From Alphaproteobacteria bacterium (GTDB lineage Bacteria > Pseudomonadota > Alphaproteobacteria > GCA-2731375), in NCBI GenBank assembly GCA_965232515.1, contig CBDDPY010000002.1, positions 6,432,001 to 6,496,000 on the forward strand: a DNA stretch of 64,000 nucleotides, written 5' to 3'. How positions within the stretch are numbered: the stretch's first letter is position 1; every line of letters starts with the position of its first letter. This document shows, in pieces, positions 32,567 through 41,319 of this stretch. The translations under genes were made by a program, and so were the position numbers. The notes below the pieces were generated by a model. That model did no database searches. It was given only the letters and a program-made list of their open reading frames with translations, and had not been told where the DNA came from.

Positions 32567-33602
32567 CTTTCTTCTCGGCGAGGCGGACGACCCGGACCCC
32601 CAGTCGGTCGTCGATCTGAACGAGTTCCCCCTCGCCAATGACGCGGCCCGACGCCATGATTTTCACCGACTGGGACACCGGCGTATCGAGCTTGATCGCG
32701 AAACCGGGCGTAAGGGCCTGCAGTTCGGCGAACGTCATCACGGTCTGTCCAACCATGAAGTCGATGCGCACGCCGACGTCATCCAACGTCGCGCCTGCCG
32801 GCGCGCCTTCTTCCGTGTCGTCGGAACGGTCTTCGTTTTCGTCGTTCATGGCGCCAACCGTAAGATCTTCCACAATCACTTTGTCGTTCTCAGGCCGACC
32901 GAAGCCGACCAGTTGCGAGCGTGCTCCTAGAAGGATCGAAAGCCGGTTGGGATCGGTCTCCCGAGGCAGCAGAATGGCGCCGCCCGACCGCAGCCGGGCA
33001 CACTCACTCCGACTCAGGACGAACCCGCGCAAACAGAACGATACCGTTGCCGGTATGGTCGACGCTTCCGGCCAGGCCGCGCCGATCGGCAGGACCCGAA
33101 GTTTTTCCGTCAGCCGGCCGTCCGCTTCCGGGCTCAGATGCATGATAGCGAGCGGCTGCAGGGAATCGTCGCCTCCGGCGTAGAGCCCCAAGAGACGCCA
33201 GTCCGGAGGGACGTCATGCCTCGTTCCTTCAAGAACGATCCGGCCGCCAAGACAATCGTCGATCCCGTCCATGAGCGGACGAAATGCGACCGTCGCCAGT
33301 GCTTTCGCCAACGGCGCCGGCAATCCGGACAGCGGAACATCGGCCACGCCTTCCGGGTAAAGCGCCGGCAGCCGGCGCTCGGCGACTGACAGGACGAACG
33401 CCGCCTCACCAGCAACGCACGCGTAACGTACGCAGGGGTCCGGCACCCGATCTGCCGGCGCAGGCGCCAGGCGTAGATCGCGTTCGCCGAGTATGGCCGA
33501 ACCGTTCCCGCCGCGTGTTGCAAGAAGGTTGTCGCATTCGACCTGCCCTGCCGACAGCTTGGGCAGGTCGACCGGCATTATGGCATCAGGGGCGTTCAAC
33601 AT
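32559..33602 (-). CDS. sctQ: T3SS C-ring/sorting platform SctQ
   Basis: C-terminal SpoA domain IGEGELVQIDDRLGVRV. Confidence 0.92.
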   Translation of the reverse strand: MLNAPDAIMPVDLPKLSAGQVECDNLLATRGGNGSAILGERDLRLAPAPADRVPDPCVRYACVAGEAAFVLSVAERRLPALYPEGVADVPLSGLPAPLAKALATVAFRPLMDGIDDCLGGRIVLEGTRHDVPPDWRLLGLYAGGDDSLQPLAIMHLSPEADGRLTEKLRVLPIGAAWPEASTIPATVSFCLRGFVLSRSECARLRSGGAILLPRETDPNRLSILLGARSQLVGFGRPENDKVIVEDLTVGAMNDENEDRSDDTEEGAPAGATLDDVGVRIDFMVGQTVMTFAELQALTPGFAIKLDTPVSQSVKIMASGRVIGEGELVQIDDRLGVRVVRLAEKKDG

Positions 33603-33608
33603 TTGCCG

Positions 33609-34409
33609 CTAGTCCAGGTCAGACAGTTCATCGCGCAGATCTCGTCGATTGCGCGACCGGCCATCGCCATGGGCGCCGCTGCCGTCCGTAGCCTGACCCT
33701 GTTCCACTTTGATGCGCACCGGCTCGCCTCTGTGGTGATCGAGTTCGTGCCGATCCAAGACGCGCTGCAACTGAGGCAGACCCGCCTCGAGCAATCGGGC
33801 CGCCTCCGCGGACACGGCGGCGAACCGCACGCTCAAACCGTCCGCCGCGCGAGCTATTGAGACCTCCGTGCCTGACAGGCTCTCCATGTTCAGCCTGATC
33901 CGGACTTCAGGCTGCCCGGCCTCCGGCCGCGCCACGAGGATCCTGTCGGCGAGCCTTTCCATGATCTCCGACACGCTCGGTCGTGCCGGTTCGGTTTGGC
34001 TGGCCTGGTCCGGACCCGCGCTCGTCAGGCCCTGCAAGCCGTGCAACACGCGATCACCCTGGCTGCTGAATCCCGACAATGCAGCATCCTGCATTTCCTC
34101 TATCGTGCGTTTCCGCTCGTCCTGTCTCTTGCTGAAGCTCTGCCGCTCGAAGAGCCGTCGATCGGCGGCGCTCGAGGATTTGTCGGCGTCCGCCTCGCCG
34201 CCTTTTGCCTTGTCTCGATCCGCCGGACGACGGTTGTCCGAGCGGGATCGGTCTTTTTTCCGGTCCTCCGACGGCCGATCCGCCAGGTCCTGAAACCGCT
34301 GGCTCGCGCTGTCCAGATCCTGCCCGTCGGTGTCGACGGCCTCGTCCTCGGCACTTGCGGACGAAGGCGCCGGCGCCGCCGCAAAACCCGTTCCTTTCAT
34401 GCCAACCAT
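33609..34409 (-). CDS. sctP: Needle-length ruler SctP (YscP/FliK-like)
   Basis: Low-complexity charged N-terminus and C-terminal T3S4-like domain (ADRILV...EVRIRL...GTEVSI...LSVRF); between sctO and sctQ. Confidence 0.8.
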   Translation of the reverse strand: MVGMKGTGFAAAPAPSSASAEDEAVDTDGQDLDSASQRFQDLADRPSEDRKKDRSRSDNRRPADRDKAKGGEADADKSSSAADRRLFERQSFSKRQDERKRTIEEMQDAALSGFSSQGDRVLHGLQGLTSAGPDQASQTEPARPSVSEIMERLADRILVARPEAGQPEVRIRLNMESLSGTEVSIARAADGLSVRFAAVSAEAARLLEAGLPQLQRVLDRHELDHHRGEPVRIKVEQGQATDGSGAHGDGRSRNRRDLRDELSDLD

Positions 34410-34410
34410 G

Positions 34411-34893
34411 TCAGGTGGCTCCTCTCTTGTGCGCCGCGTAGGCCGCCTCGGTGACCTCTTCCGTCTCCGTTTCTTCTTTGCGCGCCGCCGCGTTGCGTGC
34501 AGCCGCTTTCTGGACTTCGACAAACTCCTTGAACTTCTCCAGCGCTCGCAGGGCCTGCCGATGCACCTCAACGGCTTTTCCATGCTCCTCTTCGGCAGTC
34601 ACCACGGCTTTTCTTGCGTCTTCGACCGCCTCTTCCAGTTCGAGCTCGCGTTCGCGCATAAGGGCGACCGACTGTTTCATGTCCTCGAGCTTCTCCAGTT
34701 TGACCGCCATACCGCGAATCTCTTCGAATAGCCGGGCCTCTTCCGCCCGGCGGTGACCATGAAACTCGACAACGGCCGCTTCAGCGTCGCGTACCGCCTG
34801 CTCCCGTTCCGCCACCAGGGCTTTTGCCCGGACGACCGCGTTTGCGGCCGACTGTTCGCGGAAGCGCCTAATCCTCAGCAGATCTTCAAACAT
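34411..34893 (-). CDS. sctO: T3SS stalk SctO (YscO)
   Basis: Starts MFEDLLRIRRFRE; coiled coil; EKFKEF; follows sctN. Confidence 0.88.
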   Translation of the reverse strand: MFEDLLRIRRFREQSAANAVVRAKALVAEREQAVRDAEAAVVEFHGHRRAEEARLFEEIRGMAVKLEKLEDMKQSVALMRERELELEEAVEDARKAVVTAEEEHGKAVEVHRQALRALEKFKEFVEVQKAAARNAAARKEETETEEVTEAAYAAHKRGAT

Positions 34894-34985
34894 GCTGCTG
34901 TCTCAAACCGCCCGGCCCGCCGCTTGCGCCTTTCCTGCCTCTTTCGTTCTTACTCAGGCGCGTGAACGCGTCGTCGCCCACCTCC

Positions 34986-36329
34986 TCAGATCTGCTTGAG
35001 CTGCTCGATCGTGTCCTCGAATGTCGAGTGTTCATCGAGACCCTGTTGCAGAAACGCACGGATTGTCGGCATTCGGTCGATCGCTTCGTCCGCTAGGGAA
35101 TCGGCCCCGCGTTGGTATTCGCCGATCTTCACCAACAGCTCGACTTCGTCGTATTTCGCCATGAGCGCACGCAGCCGTTGGGCGGCGGCCTTGTGCTCGC
35201 GGTCCACGATCGAGTTCATCACACGACTCACGCTTGCCAGTACGTCGATCGCCGGATAGTGGTTCTCGGCCGCGAGCTTCCGCGACAAAATGATGTGGCC
35301 GTCCAGAATACTGCGCGTTTCGTCAGCCACCGGTTCTGTCATGTCATCGCCCTCGACCAAGACGGTGTAGAGCGCCGTAATGAAACCCTTGTCCGATTGG
35401 CCGGCACGCTCCATCAGTCTCGGCAACGCCGCGAACACCGACGGGGGAAATCCGCGACGGGTCGGCGGTTCGCCGGCGGCAAGGCCGATCTCGCGCTGCG
35501 CGCGTGCGAACCGGGTGACGGAATCCATCAGCAACAGCACCCGCATGCCGCGGTCCCGAAAGTATTCGGCGACCGTCGTCGCCACGTAGCACGCCTTGGC
35601 GCGTTCCATGGACGGGCGGTCGGACGTCGAAATAACCAGCACCGACTTGGCGGCGCCCTCCGGTCCCAGATCGTGCTCGAGGAACTCGCGCACTTCGCGG
35701 CCGCGTTCACCGACCAGGCAGAGCACGGTCACGTCGACATCGGCGCCCTGCACCAACATCGACAGCAGCGTCGATTTGCCGCCGCCGGCTGCCGCAAAGA
35801 TGCCCATGCGCTGACCTTCACCAACCGTCAACACGCCATCCAGTGCGCGCAGTCCCATGGGTGTCGGCCTGGAGATGATTTCCCGCGACATGGGGTCCGG
35901 GCTGTCGCGATAGACGGAGTAATACTCTTCGACCTCGAGCGGCCCTTTCTGATCTTCATCGAGAGGTTCGCCCATGCCGTTCAGAACGCGGCCGATCAGC
36001 TTCGGCCCGACACCGACCGTATGGGGCCTGCCCGTCGGGACGACTTCGGTATGGGACGACACGCCTTGCATTTCGCCCATGGGGGTCAGGAGCGCGACGC
36101 GCCCCCTGAAGCCGACCACTTCAGCCTTGAGCTCGAAGTTCTCGGCGGGGCCACAGAGCAGGCACAATTCGCCGACTTTCGCAGCCGGGACCATCGCCTC
36201 GATGATCGTTCCGGTCACTTTGGTCACCCGGCCGCGGATTCTGACCAGGGTGCTTTCCTGCGCCGACGTCTTCAATTGGTCGGTGATGAACCTCAGATCG
36301 GATTCCGTGACGGCCCGTTCGCCCAGCAT
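34986..36329 (-). CDS. sctN: T3SS ATPase SctN
   Basis: Walker [34 protein letters not shown] and YPAIDVLAS. Confidence 0.97.
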   Translation of the reverse strand: MLGERAVTESDLRFITDQLKTSAQESTLVRIRGRVTKVTGTIIEAMVPAAKVGELCLLCGPAENFELKAEVVGFRGRVALLTPMGEMQGVSSHTEVVPTGRPHTVGVGPKLIGRVLNGMGEPLDEDQKGPLEVEEYYSVYRDSPDPMSREIISRPTPMGLRALDGVLTVGEGQRMGIFAAAGGGKSTLLSMLVQGADVDVTVLCLVGERGREVREFLEHDLGPEGAAKSVLVISTSDRPSMERAKACYVATTVAEYFRDRGMRVLLLMDSVTRFARAQREIGLAAGEPPTRRGFPPSVFAALPRLMERAGQSDKGFITALYTVLVEGDDMTEPVADETRSILDGHIILSRKLAAENHYPAIDVLASVSRVMNSIVDREHKAAAQRLRALMAKYDEVELLVKIGEYQRGADSLADEAIDRMPTIRAFLQQGLDEHSTFEDTIEQLKQI

Positions 36330-36331
36330 TG

Positions 36332-36691
36332 TTAGCCGGTCCCACTATCCGGATCAGCGGCGATCGCCTGCAATGCGTCTTCCACTGTGTCTCGCACGGT
36401 CAGGACCTGGTGGAATCCGGTGAGGTTCACGACATCCATGACATCAGCGTTCAGCGCCGCCAGGGCGAAGCCTCGCGACTCGTTCGCGAGCACCTTGACC
36501 GCCATCAGAAAGACGCGAAGGCCGGCGCTGCTGACATAGTCGACATCGGCCAGATCCAGCACGATCGATCCGTCGCTTTCTTCGATGAGCGAAGTGATTT
36601 CTTTCTGCAGTACCGGTGCCGAACTGGCGTCAATCCTGCCGTCGATGTGCAGCACGTCTGCATTCGAGAAATTTTCCTGCTCTAACTTCAC
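36332..36691 (-). CDS. STAS anti-sigma-factor antagonist (RsbV/BtrV-like), first gene of the sctN operon
   Basis: GRIDASSAP and [15 protein letters not shown] (phosphoacceptor Ser motif). GTG start at 36691 with GGAG RBS; stop lies 2 bp before the sctN start. Confidence 0.92.
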   Translation of the reverse strand: MKLEQENFSNADVLHIDGRIDASSAPVLQKEITSLIEESDGSIVLDLADVDYVSSAGLRVFLMAVKVLANESRGFALAALNADVMDVVNLTGFHQVLTVRDTVEDALQAIAADPDSGTG

Positions 36692-36769
36692 GCCAATTCT
36701 CCAGGGTCGGTGAGAAGGGACGGGCACGACCGTATGCAGCGTATTGAACACGGTTCGCCCCGTAAGACT

Positions 36770-36790
36770 CCGGACGAAAACCGGACCATT
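36770..36790 (-). promoter_or_regulatory. T3SS-locus direct-repeat box, copy 3 (upstream of STAS-sctN operon)
   Basis: Minus strand AATGGTCCGGTTTTCGTCCGG; plus-strand GGAC at 36772 and 36783. Confidence 0.75.
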
Positions 36791-36821
36791 CGAGCGATGG
36801 CCTGCTGTGCGCCGCAACGTC

Positions 36822-36842
36822 AATGTCCGCCGAATGTCCGGT
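36822..36842 (+). promoter_or_regulatory. T3SS-locus direct-repeat box, copy 4 (upstream of sctW operon)
   Basis: AATGTCCGCCGAATGTCCGGT; GTCC at 36825 and 36836. Confidence 0.75.
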
Positions 36843-36941
36843 CACAATATCGGCTTCGACCGAATCTCGTAAGAATTCGGCACGCCATTTCAATGAGATC
36901 CTGACGCGTGGACGGATCGAGTTATCGCAGCGAGACACCAG

Positions 36942-38075
36942 ATGCCGGAAATGCGTACAGACCTTTCAGGTTTGAACGGCCCGAGAGCCCCCCAGGCAAA
37001 GGCCCCCGACATTGGAAAAGGCGGGGGCGTTTTCAGAGGCGCCGAAGTCCAGGTCGTCGATGTGAATTCGCTCATTTCGGATGCGGCGGAGGAATTGACG
37101 TCCGTGCTGAGCGAGGAAACGGAAAAGGACGTTTCAGACAGGGAAGTCGAAGAAGGCAAAAGGTCCGACAGTCTCGAACGCTTCATGCGGACTGGCGAAG
37201 TCAACGAACTCCTGAAATCGCTGGCGGACCTCGACAAAAAGTCCCTGCATCGCGGCATCAAGGCCCTGCTGCAGCGGCAAAGCGTCGATCCCCGTGAACT
37301 TCGGGAAGAAGCCCGAGACCAGTTCAGGGAGCCGGCCCACCAGTATGCGGCGCTCAGGGGCCTCCTCGATGTTCTGAAAGGTCGCGGCGCCGCCAAGGAG
37401 CAGGTCGACGCCGCCGAAGCCGCGCTCGACAGCCTGGTCGAGGAACACGGCTCTGCGATCCGCGCCGCGATAAATATCGGCCCGGCGTCAAAAGAATTCG
37501 TGCTGACGGGCCTGGGCGATGCCCAGTCCCTGCGCGACGCCTACCGATCCAACATACGTGACTACAAGAACATGAGCGCGGTCCTTGACGACCTTACCCA
37601 GCGGTTCGGCGAAGGCGATCTCGAAAAATCGATCAGGTTCATGACCAAGGCACTTTCGGCCGACCTGGAAGCCGACGGATCGTCGATCGACGAAGCGAAA
37701 CTCAACGTCATCCTTAAGGACATGCATCGGCTGAAGACCCTGACCACCGTTCTTGGAAACTGCGACATCCTGGCCGCCAGGGCTCAGGCGAATGGCGCAT
37801 CCCAGGCATTTACATCGGCAAAGGTCCTGCGCGAGATCGTGCCGTTGCAGGATGCCATCAGGGTCGTCCCGGATCACATCGCGGCGATCCCGGAGAGAGC
37901 CGGCCTCAACGATGTGAGCAAACAGATCAACTTTCTAAGTGATTTCAAGGAGATGGCCCGTCTGATCCCGCTGGAGAGCTTCGTCCGCGCGGAAAACCGG
38001 GAAAAGCTGATGGAAGCGATTCAGGACGCGCTGGACGAAAAAATTGCTCGCGAGGAAGAGGAAGAAGTCGCATGA
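36942..38075 (+). CDS. sctW: T3SS gatekeeper SctW (YopN-TyeA fused type)
   Basis: LISDAAEELT, AIRAAIN, LRDAYR, ALSADL and TyeA-like C-terminus (LIPLESF...REKL...QDALD). Confidence 0.9.
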   Translation: MPEMRTDLSGLNGPRAPQAKAPDIGKGGGVFRGAEVQVVDVNSLISDAAEELTSVLSEETEKDVSDREVEEGKRSDSLERFMRTGEVNELLKSLADLDKKSLHRGIKALLQRQSVDPRELREEARDQFREPAHQYAALRGLLDVLKGRGAAKEQVDAAEAALDSLVEEHGSAIRAAINIGPASKEFVLTGLGDAQSLRDAYRSNIRDYKNMSAVLDDLTQRFGEGDLEKSIRFMTKALSADLEADGSSIDEAKLNVILKDMHRLKTLTTVLGNCDILAARAQANGASQAFTSAKVLREIVPLQDAIRVVPDHIAAIPERAGLNDVSKQINFLSDFKEMARLIPLESFVRAENREKLMEAIQDALDEKIAREEEEEVA

Positions 38076-38443
38076 CGATGATCGGCGCATCCGTATCCGA
38101 CTTCGGCAGCGGCCTCGGTCTGGAGTTGGACGAGCTGGGCCGGGGCGGTCACGTGGCGCTTGCGATCCGCGACGTCGGCCAGGTCCATTTCGAGCACCTC
38201 AACGAACAGCTCCTGGTCTACATGTCGCGTCCGATCGACGTCGCGCTGGATCGCCTTGGCGTATGGAAGGCCGCGTTGAGGGCAGTGCACGTGAGCCAGC
38301 GCGTTCCCGTCCGCGTGCAGTGCTCGCTGCATGGCGATGACCTGGTCTTCCTCGCCCGGTACGAAGAGCACGAAGTCGATCGGCCGGCCCTGGAACGGGC
38401 TCTGGATGTGCTGTCCGACCTGCACCAAAAGGTCAGAACCTAG
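38072..38443 (+). CDS. sycN: Gatekeeper chaperone SycN-like
   Basis: 123 aa overlapping the sctW stop; ends LERALDVLSDLH. Confidence 0.75.
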   Translation: MTMIGASVSDFGSGLGLELDELGRGGHVALAIRDVGQVHFEHLNEQLLVYMSRPIDVALDRLGVWKAALRAVHVSQRVPVRVQCSLHGDDLVFLARYEEHEVDRPALERALDVLSDLHQKVRT

Positions 38444-38472
38444 GCAACCGGATCCGTTGGAGGCATGCAGAC

Positions 38473-38853
38473 ATGAACGAAGTGTCGCTTTGGCAGCCGA
38501 ACGTCGGCATTGAATCCATCGGCTGGCGCGAGACCGGCGACAGGACGAGATTGCCCGGTCCGGGCCAGACCGGTGGGATCTACGGCGGCAAGGTCAGGCA
38601 GAGCCTGCGCGGCCTTTACGATCAAGTGACGAGCCAGGACGTCGTGCTCGACATGACGTCACCGCACATCACCGATCCCGGCCTCCTCTTGCCGCACAAG
38701 TTCGAAGCCGCGTTGCTCGATGTCGTCGACAAGATGGAAGCGCGCGCGGCGGCGCACCCGGACGACGATCATGCCGCACTTGCACATGTTCGGGAAATCA
38801 AAGCGGCGCGCGACGTTTGGCGTTTCAACCTCGTCGCCTTGAACATGGCCTGA
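38473..38853 (+). CDS. sctX: YscX-like secreted component SctX
   Basis: N-terminal VGIESI, PHITDPGLLLPHKF, C-terminal VALNMA; occupies the yscX position. Confidence 0.72.
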   Translation: MNEVSLWQPNVGIESIGWRETGDRTRLPGPGQTGGIYGGKVRQSLRGLYDQVTSQDVVLDMTSPHITDPGLLLPHKFEAALLDVVDKMEARAAAHPDDDHAALAHVREIKAARDVWRFNLVALNMA

Positions 38854-38861
38854 CCAGACCG

Positions 38862-39212
38862 ATGCTGACACCGGACAAATGGTCGAATGCCGACACGAAG
38901 ATCCTGCAGGTTCTGGCCAGCGTGCTGGCTAGTCAGAACCGAGAGGTCAAGGCGGCGGATCTCCTGGAGTATGCCCTGGCCCATGAGCCGGACAATCCGG
39001 AGCTGATCCGGGCGCTGTCGGGCGTCTACCTGATGCTGGAGCGTTATGCCGACGCGCTCGACATGGTCGAACGCTACCTCTCCAACTCGGAAAAGGGACC
39101 GGACCGGGCAGACGTGCTCATGGTGAAAGGGCAGGCGCTTTGGGGCCTCGGGCGAACCCCGGACGCTGTGGCGGCCACCAACGAATACCTGTCTTTGACG
39201 TCACGGCCATGA
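38862..39212 (+). CDS. sctY: YscY-like TPR chaperone SctY
   Basis: TPR pattern and GQALWGLGR; ATGA overlap with sctV. Confidence 0.78.
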   Translation: MLTPDKWSNADTKILQVLASVLASQNREVKAADLLEYALAHEPDNPELIRALSGVYLMLERYADALDMVERYLSNSEKGPDRADVLMVKGQALWGLGRTPDAVAATNEYLSLTSRP

Positions 39213-41305
39213 ACTTTCAACGCGCACAACACCTGCTGATCGCGATTACGGCGCGCAACGACATCATGCTTGCGTGTCTGGTCGTCGCGGTGATCTTCAT
39301 GATGGTGATCCCGCTGCCGACGATCCTGATCGACACGTTGATCGCCATCAACATCATGTCGGGCATGTTGCTTCTTATGGTGTCGATGTACATCCCGTCG
39401 CCGTTGTCTTTCTCGTCTTTCCCATCCGTGCTGCTCGTGACAACGCTGTTTCGTCTCGCGCTGTCGATTTCCACAACCCGACTGGTCCTGTTGAACGCCG
39501 ACGCCGGCGAGATCATCTTCGCGTTCGGCAATTTCGTGGTGGAGGGAAACTTCATCGTCGGCGCCGTGATCTTCCTGATCATCACCATCGTGCAGTTCAT
39601 GGTGATCACCAAGGGCGCGGAGCGGGTCGCCGAAGTCAGCGCGCGTTTCTCGCTCGATGCCATGCCTGGAAAGCAGATGTCCATCGATGGCGACATGCGG
39701 GCCGGCGTCATCGACCTAGACGAAGCGCGTCGACGCCGATCCAACGTGGAAAAGGAGAGCCAGCTCTTCGGGTCCATGGATGGCGCCATGAAATTCGTCA
39801 AAGGCGACGCCATCGCGGGACTGATCATTACGGCCGTCAACATCATCGGCGGCATCGCCATCGGCACGACACAGCATGGCATGACCGCAGGCGAGGCGGT
39901 GGAGACCTACTCCATCCTGACCATTGGCGACGGGCTCGTAAGCCAGATTCCCGGCCTGCTGATCGCGATCACATCAGGCATAATCGTCACCCGGGTGACG
40001 ACAGAAGAGTCGACCAATATGGGCGCCGATATCGGCCGCCAACTTCTCGCCCAGCCCAAGGCGCTGATGATTGCCGGCTCGATGATGTTTCTGTTCGGGG
40101 TGGTCCCGGGTTTCCCGACGCCGGTGTTTTTCACGCTGGGAATTTTGCTCCTGTCCACCGGCTTCTTGCTTGATCGCATGTTCAAGGAGCGCCTGGCGGC
40201 CGGCGAAGAAGCGATGGTGCCGGCCATGGCGGCCGCGGGCGAGTCGCCCGAACAGGCGGCCAAACAGAAGATGGGAACGGAAGAAGAGTTTCTGCTCACC
40301 GTTCCCCTGCTCATCGACGTCGATGCAAACGTGGAAACAGCGATCAGCGCCGACGTGCTGAACGACGAGCTGATCAAGATCCGCCGGGCGCTCTATCTTG
40401 ACTTGGGCGTTCCGTTCCCCGGCATCCATCTTCGTTTCAACGACGAGCTCACAGACGGCCAGTATCAAATCCTTGTCCAGGAAACGCCGATGGCGACCGG
40501 CCAACTGCGTGCCGACCATGTCTTCTGCCGCGAAAAGGCCAGCCAGCTCGACCTGCTGGGAATTCAATACGAAAGCGGCGATGCATTTCTGCCCGGAAGC
40601 CCCACGACGTGGGTTCGAGAGGATTATGCGGAACAGATGGCGTCCGCAGGAATCGCCTATCTCAACATGTCTCAAGTCCTGACCTACCACCTCTCGTTCG
40701 TCCTGACCCGCTACGCTTCGGACTTCATTGGCATTCAGGAGACACGCTACCTGTTGACCCAGATGGAGGACCGGTTTGGCGAGTTGGTGAAGGAGGTGCA
40801 GCGCGTCCTGCCAATCCACAAGATCACCGAGGTGTTTCAACGGCTCGTTTCCGAAGAAATCTCGATCCGGGACCTGCGCACGATCAACCAGGCCCTGGTC
40901 GAGTGGGGTCAGAAGGAAAAGGACACGGTCCTTCTTTGCGAATACATACGCGGCAGCCTGCGTCGGTACATCAGCTACAAGTACTCCAACGGCCAGAACA
41001 TGCTGCCGGCCTATATTCTGGCGCCAGACACCGAGGAGCAGATCCGAAACGGCATCCGCCAGACCTCGGCGGGAAGCTACCTTGCGCTCGACCCCCGGGT
41101 GACGCAGAAGTTCGTCGAAACGGTCAAAGAGGTCGTAGGGGACTTGAGCAAGAGCCGTCAGCGCCCTGTCATCGTCGTATCGATGGACATTCGCCGTTAC
41201 GTCCGCAAACTGATCGAAAAGGACCTCTACGAACTGCCGGTCCTTTCCTATCAAGACCTGACACAGGAGATCACCGTCCAGCCCCTTGACCAGATCAGCG
41301 TCTAA
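39209..41305 (+). CDS. sctV: T3SS export gate SctV (LcrD)
   Basis: [43 protein letters not shown] and LPVLSYQDL. Confidence 0.98.
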   Translation: MNFQRAQHLLIAITARNDIMLACLVVAVIFMMVIPLPTILIDTLIAINIMSGMLLLMVSMYIPSPLSFSSFPSVLLVTTLFRLALSISTTRLVLLNADAGEIIFAFGNFVVEGNFIVGAVIFLIITIVQFMVITKGAERVAEVSARFSLDAMPGKQMSIDGDMRAGVIDLDEARRRRSNVEKESQLFGSMDGAMKFVKGDAIAGLIITAVNIIGGIAIGTTQHGMTAGEAVETYSILTIGDGLVSQIPGLLIAITSGIIVTRVTTEESTNMGADIGRQLLAQPKALMIAGSMMFLFGVVPGFPTPVFFTLGILLLSTGFLLDRMFKERLAAGEEAMVPAMAAAGESPEQAAKQKMGTEEEFLLTVPLLIDVDANVETAISADVLNDELIKIRRALYLDLGVPFPGIHLRFNDELTDGQYQILVQETPMATGQLRADHVFCREKASQLDLLGIQYESGDAFLPGSPTTWVREDYAEQMASAGIAYLNMSQVLTYHLSFVLTRYASDFIGIQETRYLLTQMEDRFGELVKEVQRVLPIHKITEVFQRLVSEEISIRDLRTINQALVEWGQKEKDTVLLCEYIRGSLRRYISYKYSNGQNMLPAYILAPDTEEQIRNGIRQTSAGSYLALDPRVTQKFVETVKEVVGDLSKSRQRPVIVVSMDIRRYVRKLIEKDLYELPVLSYQDLTQEITVQPLDQISV

Positions 41306-41319
41306 GTCAAGCATTGGCC

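Noticed and set aside
29791-41305. Flagellar export apparatus reading
   Set aside because: SctD, SctJ, SctI, YopN/SycN/X/Y and CesT chaperones are present, and there are no rod, hook, motor or flagellin genes.
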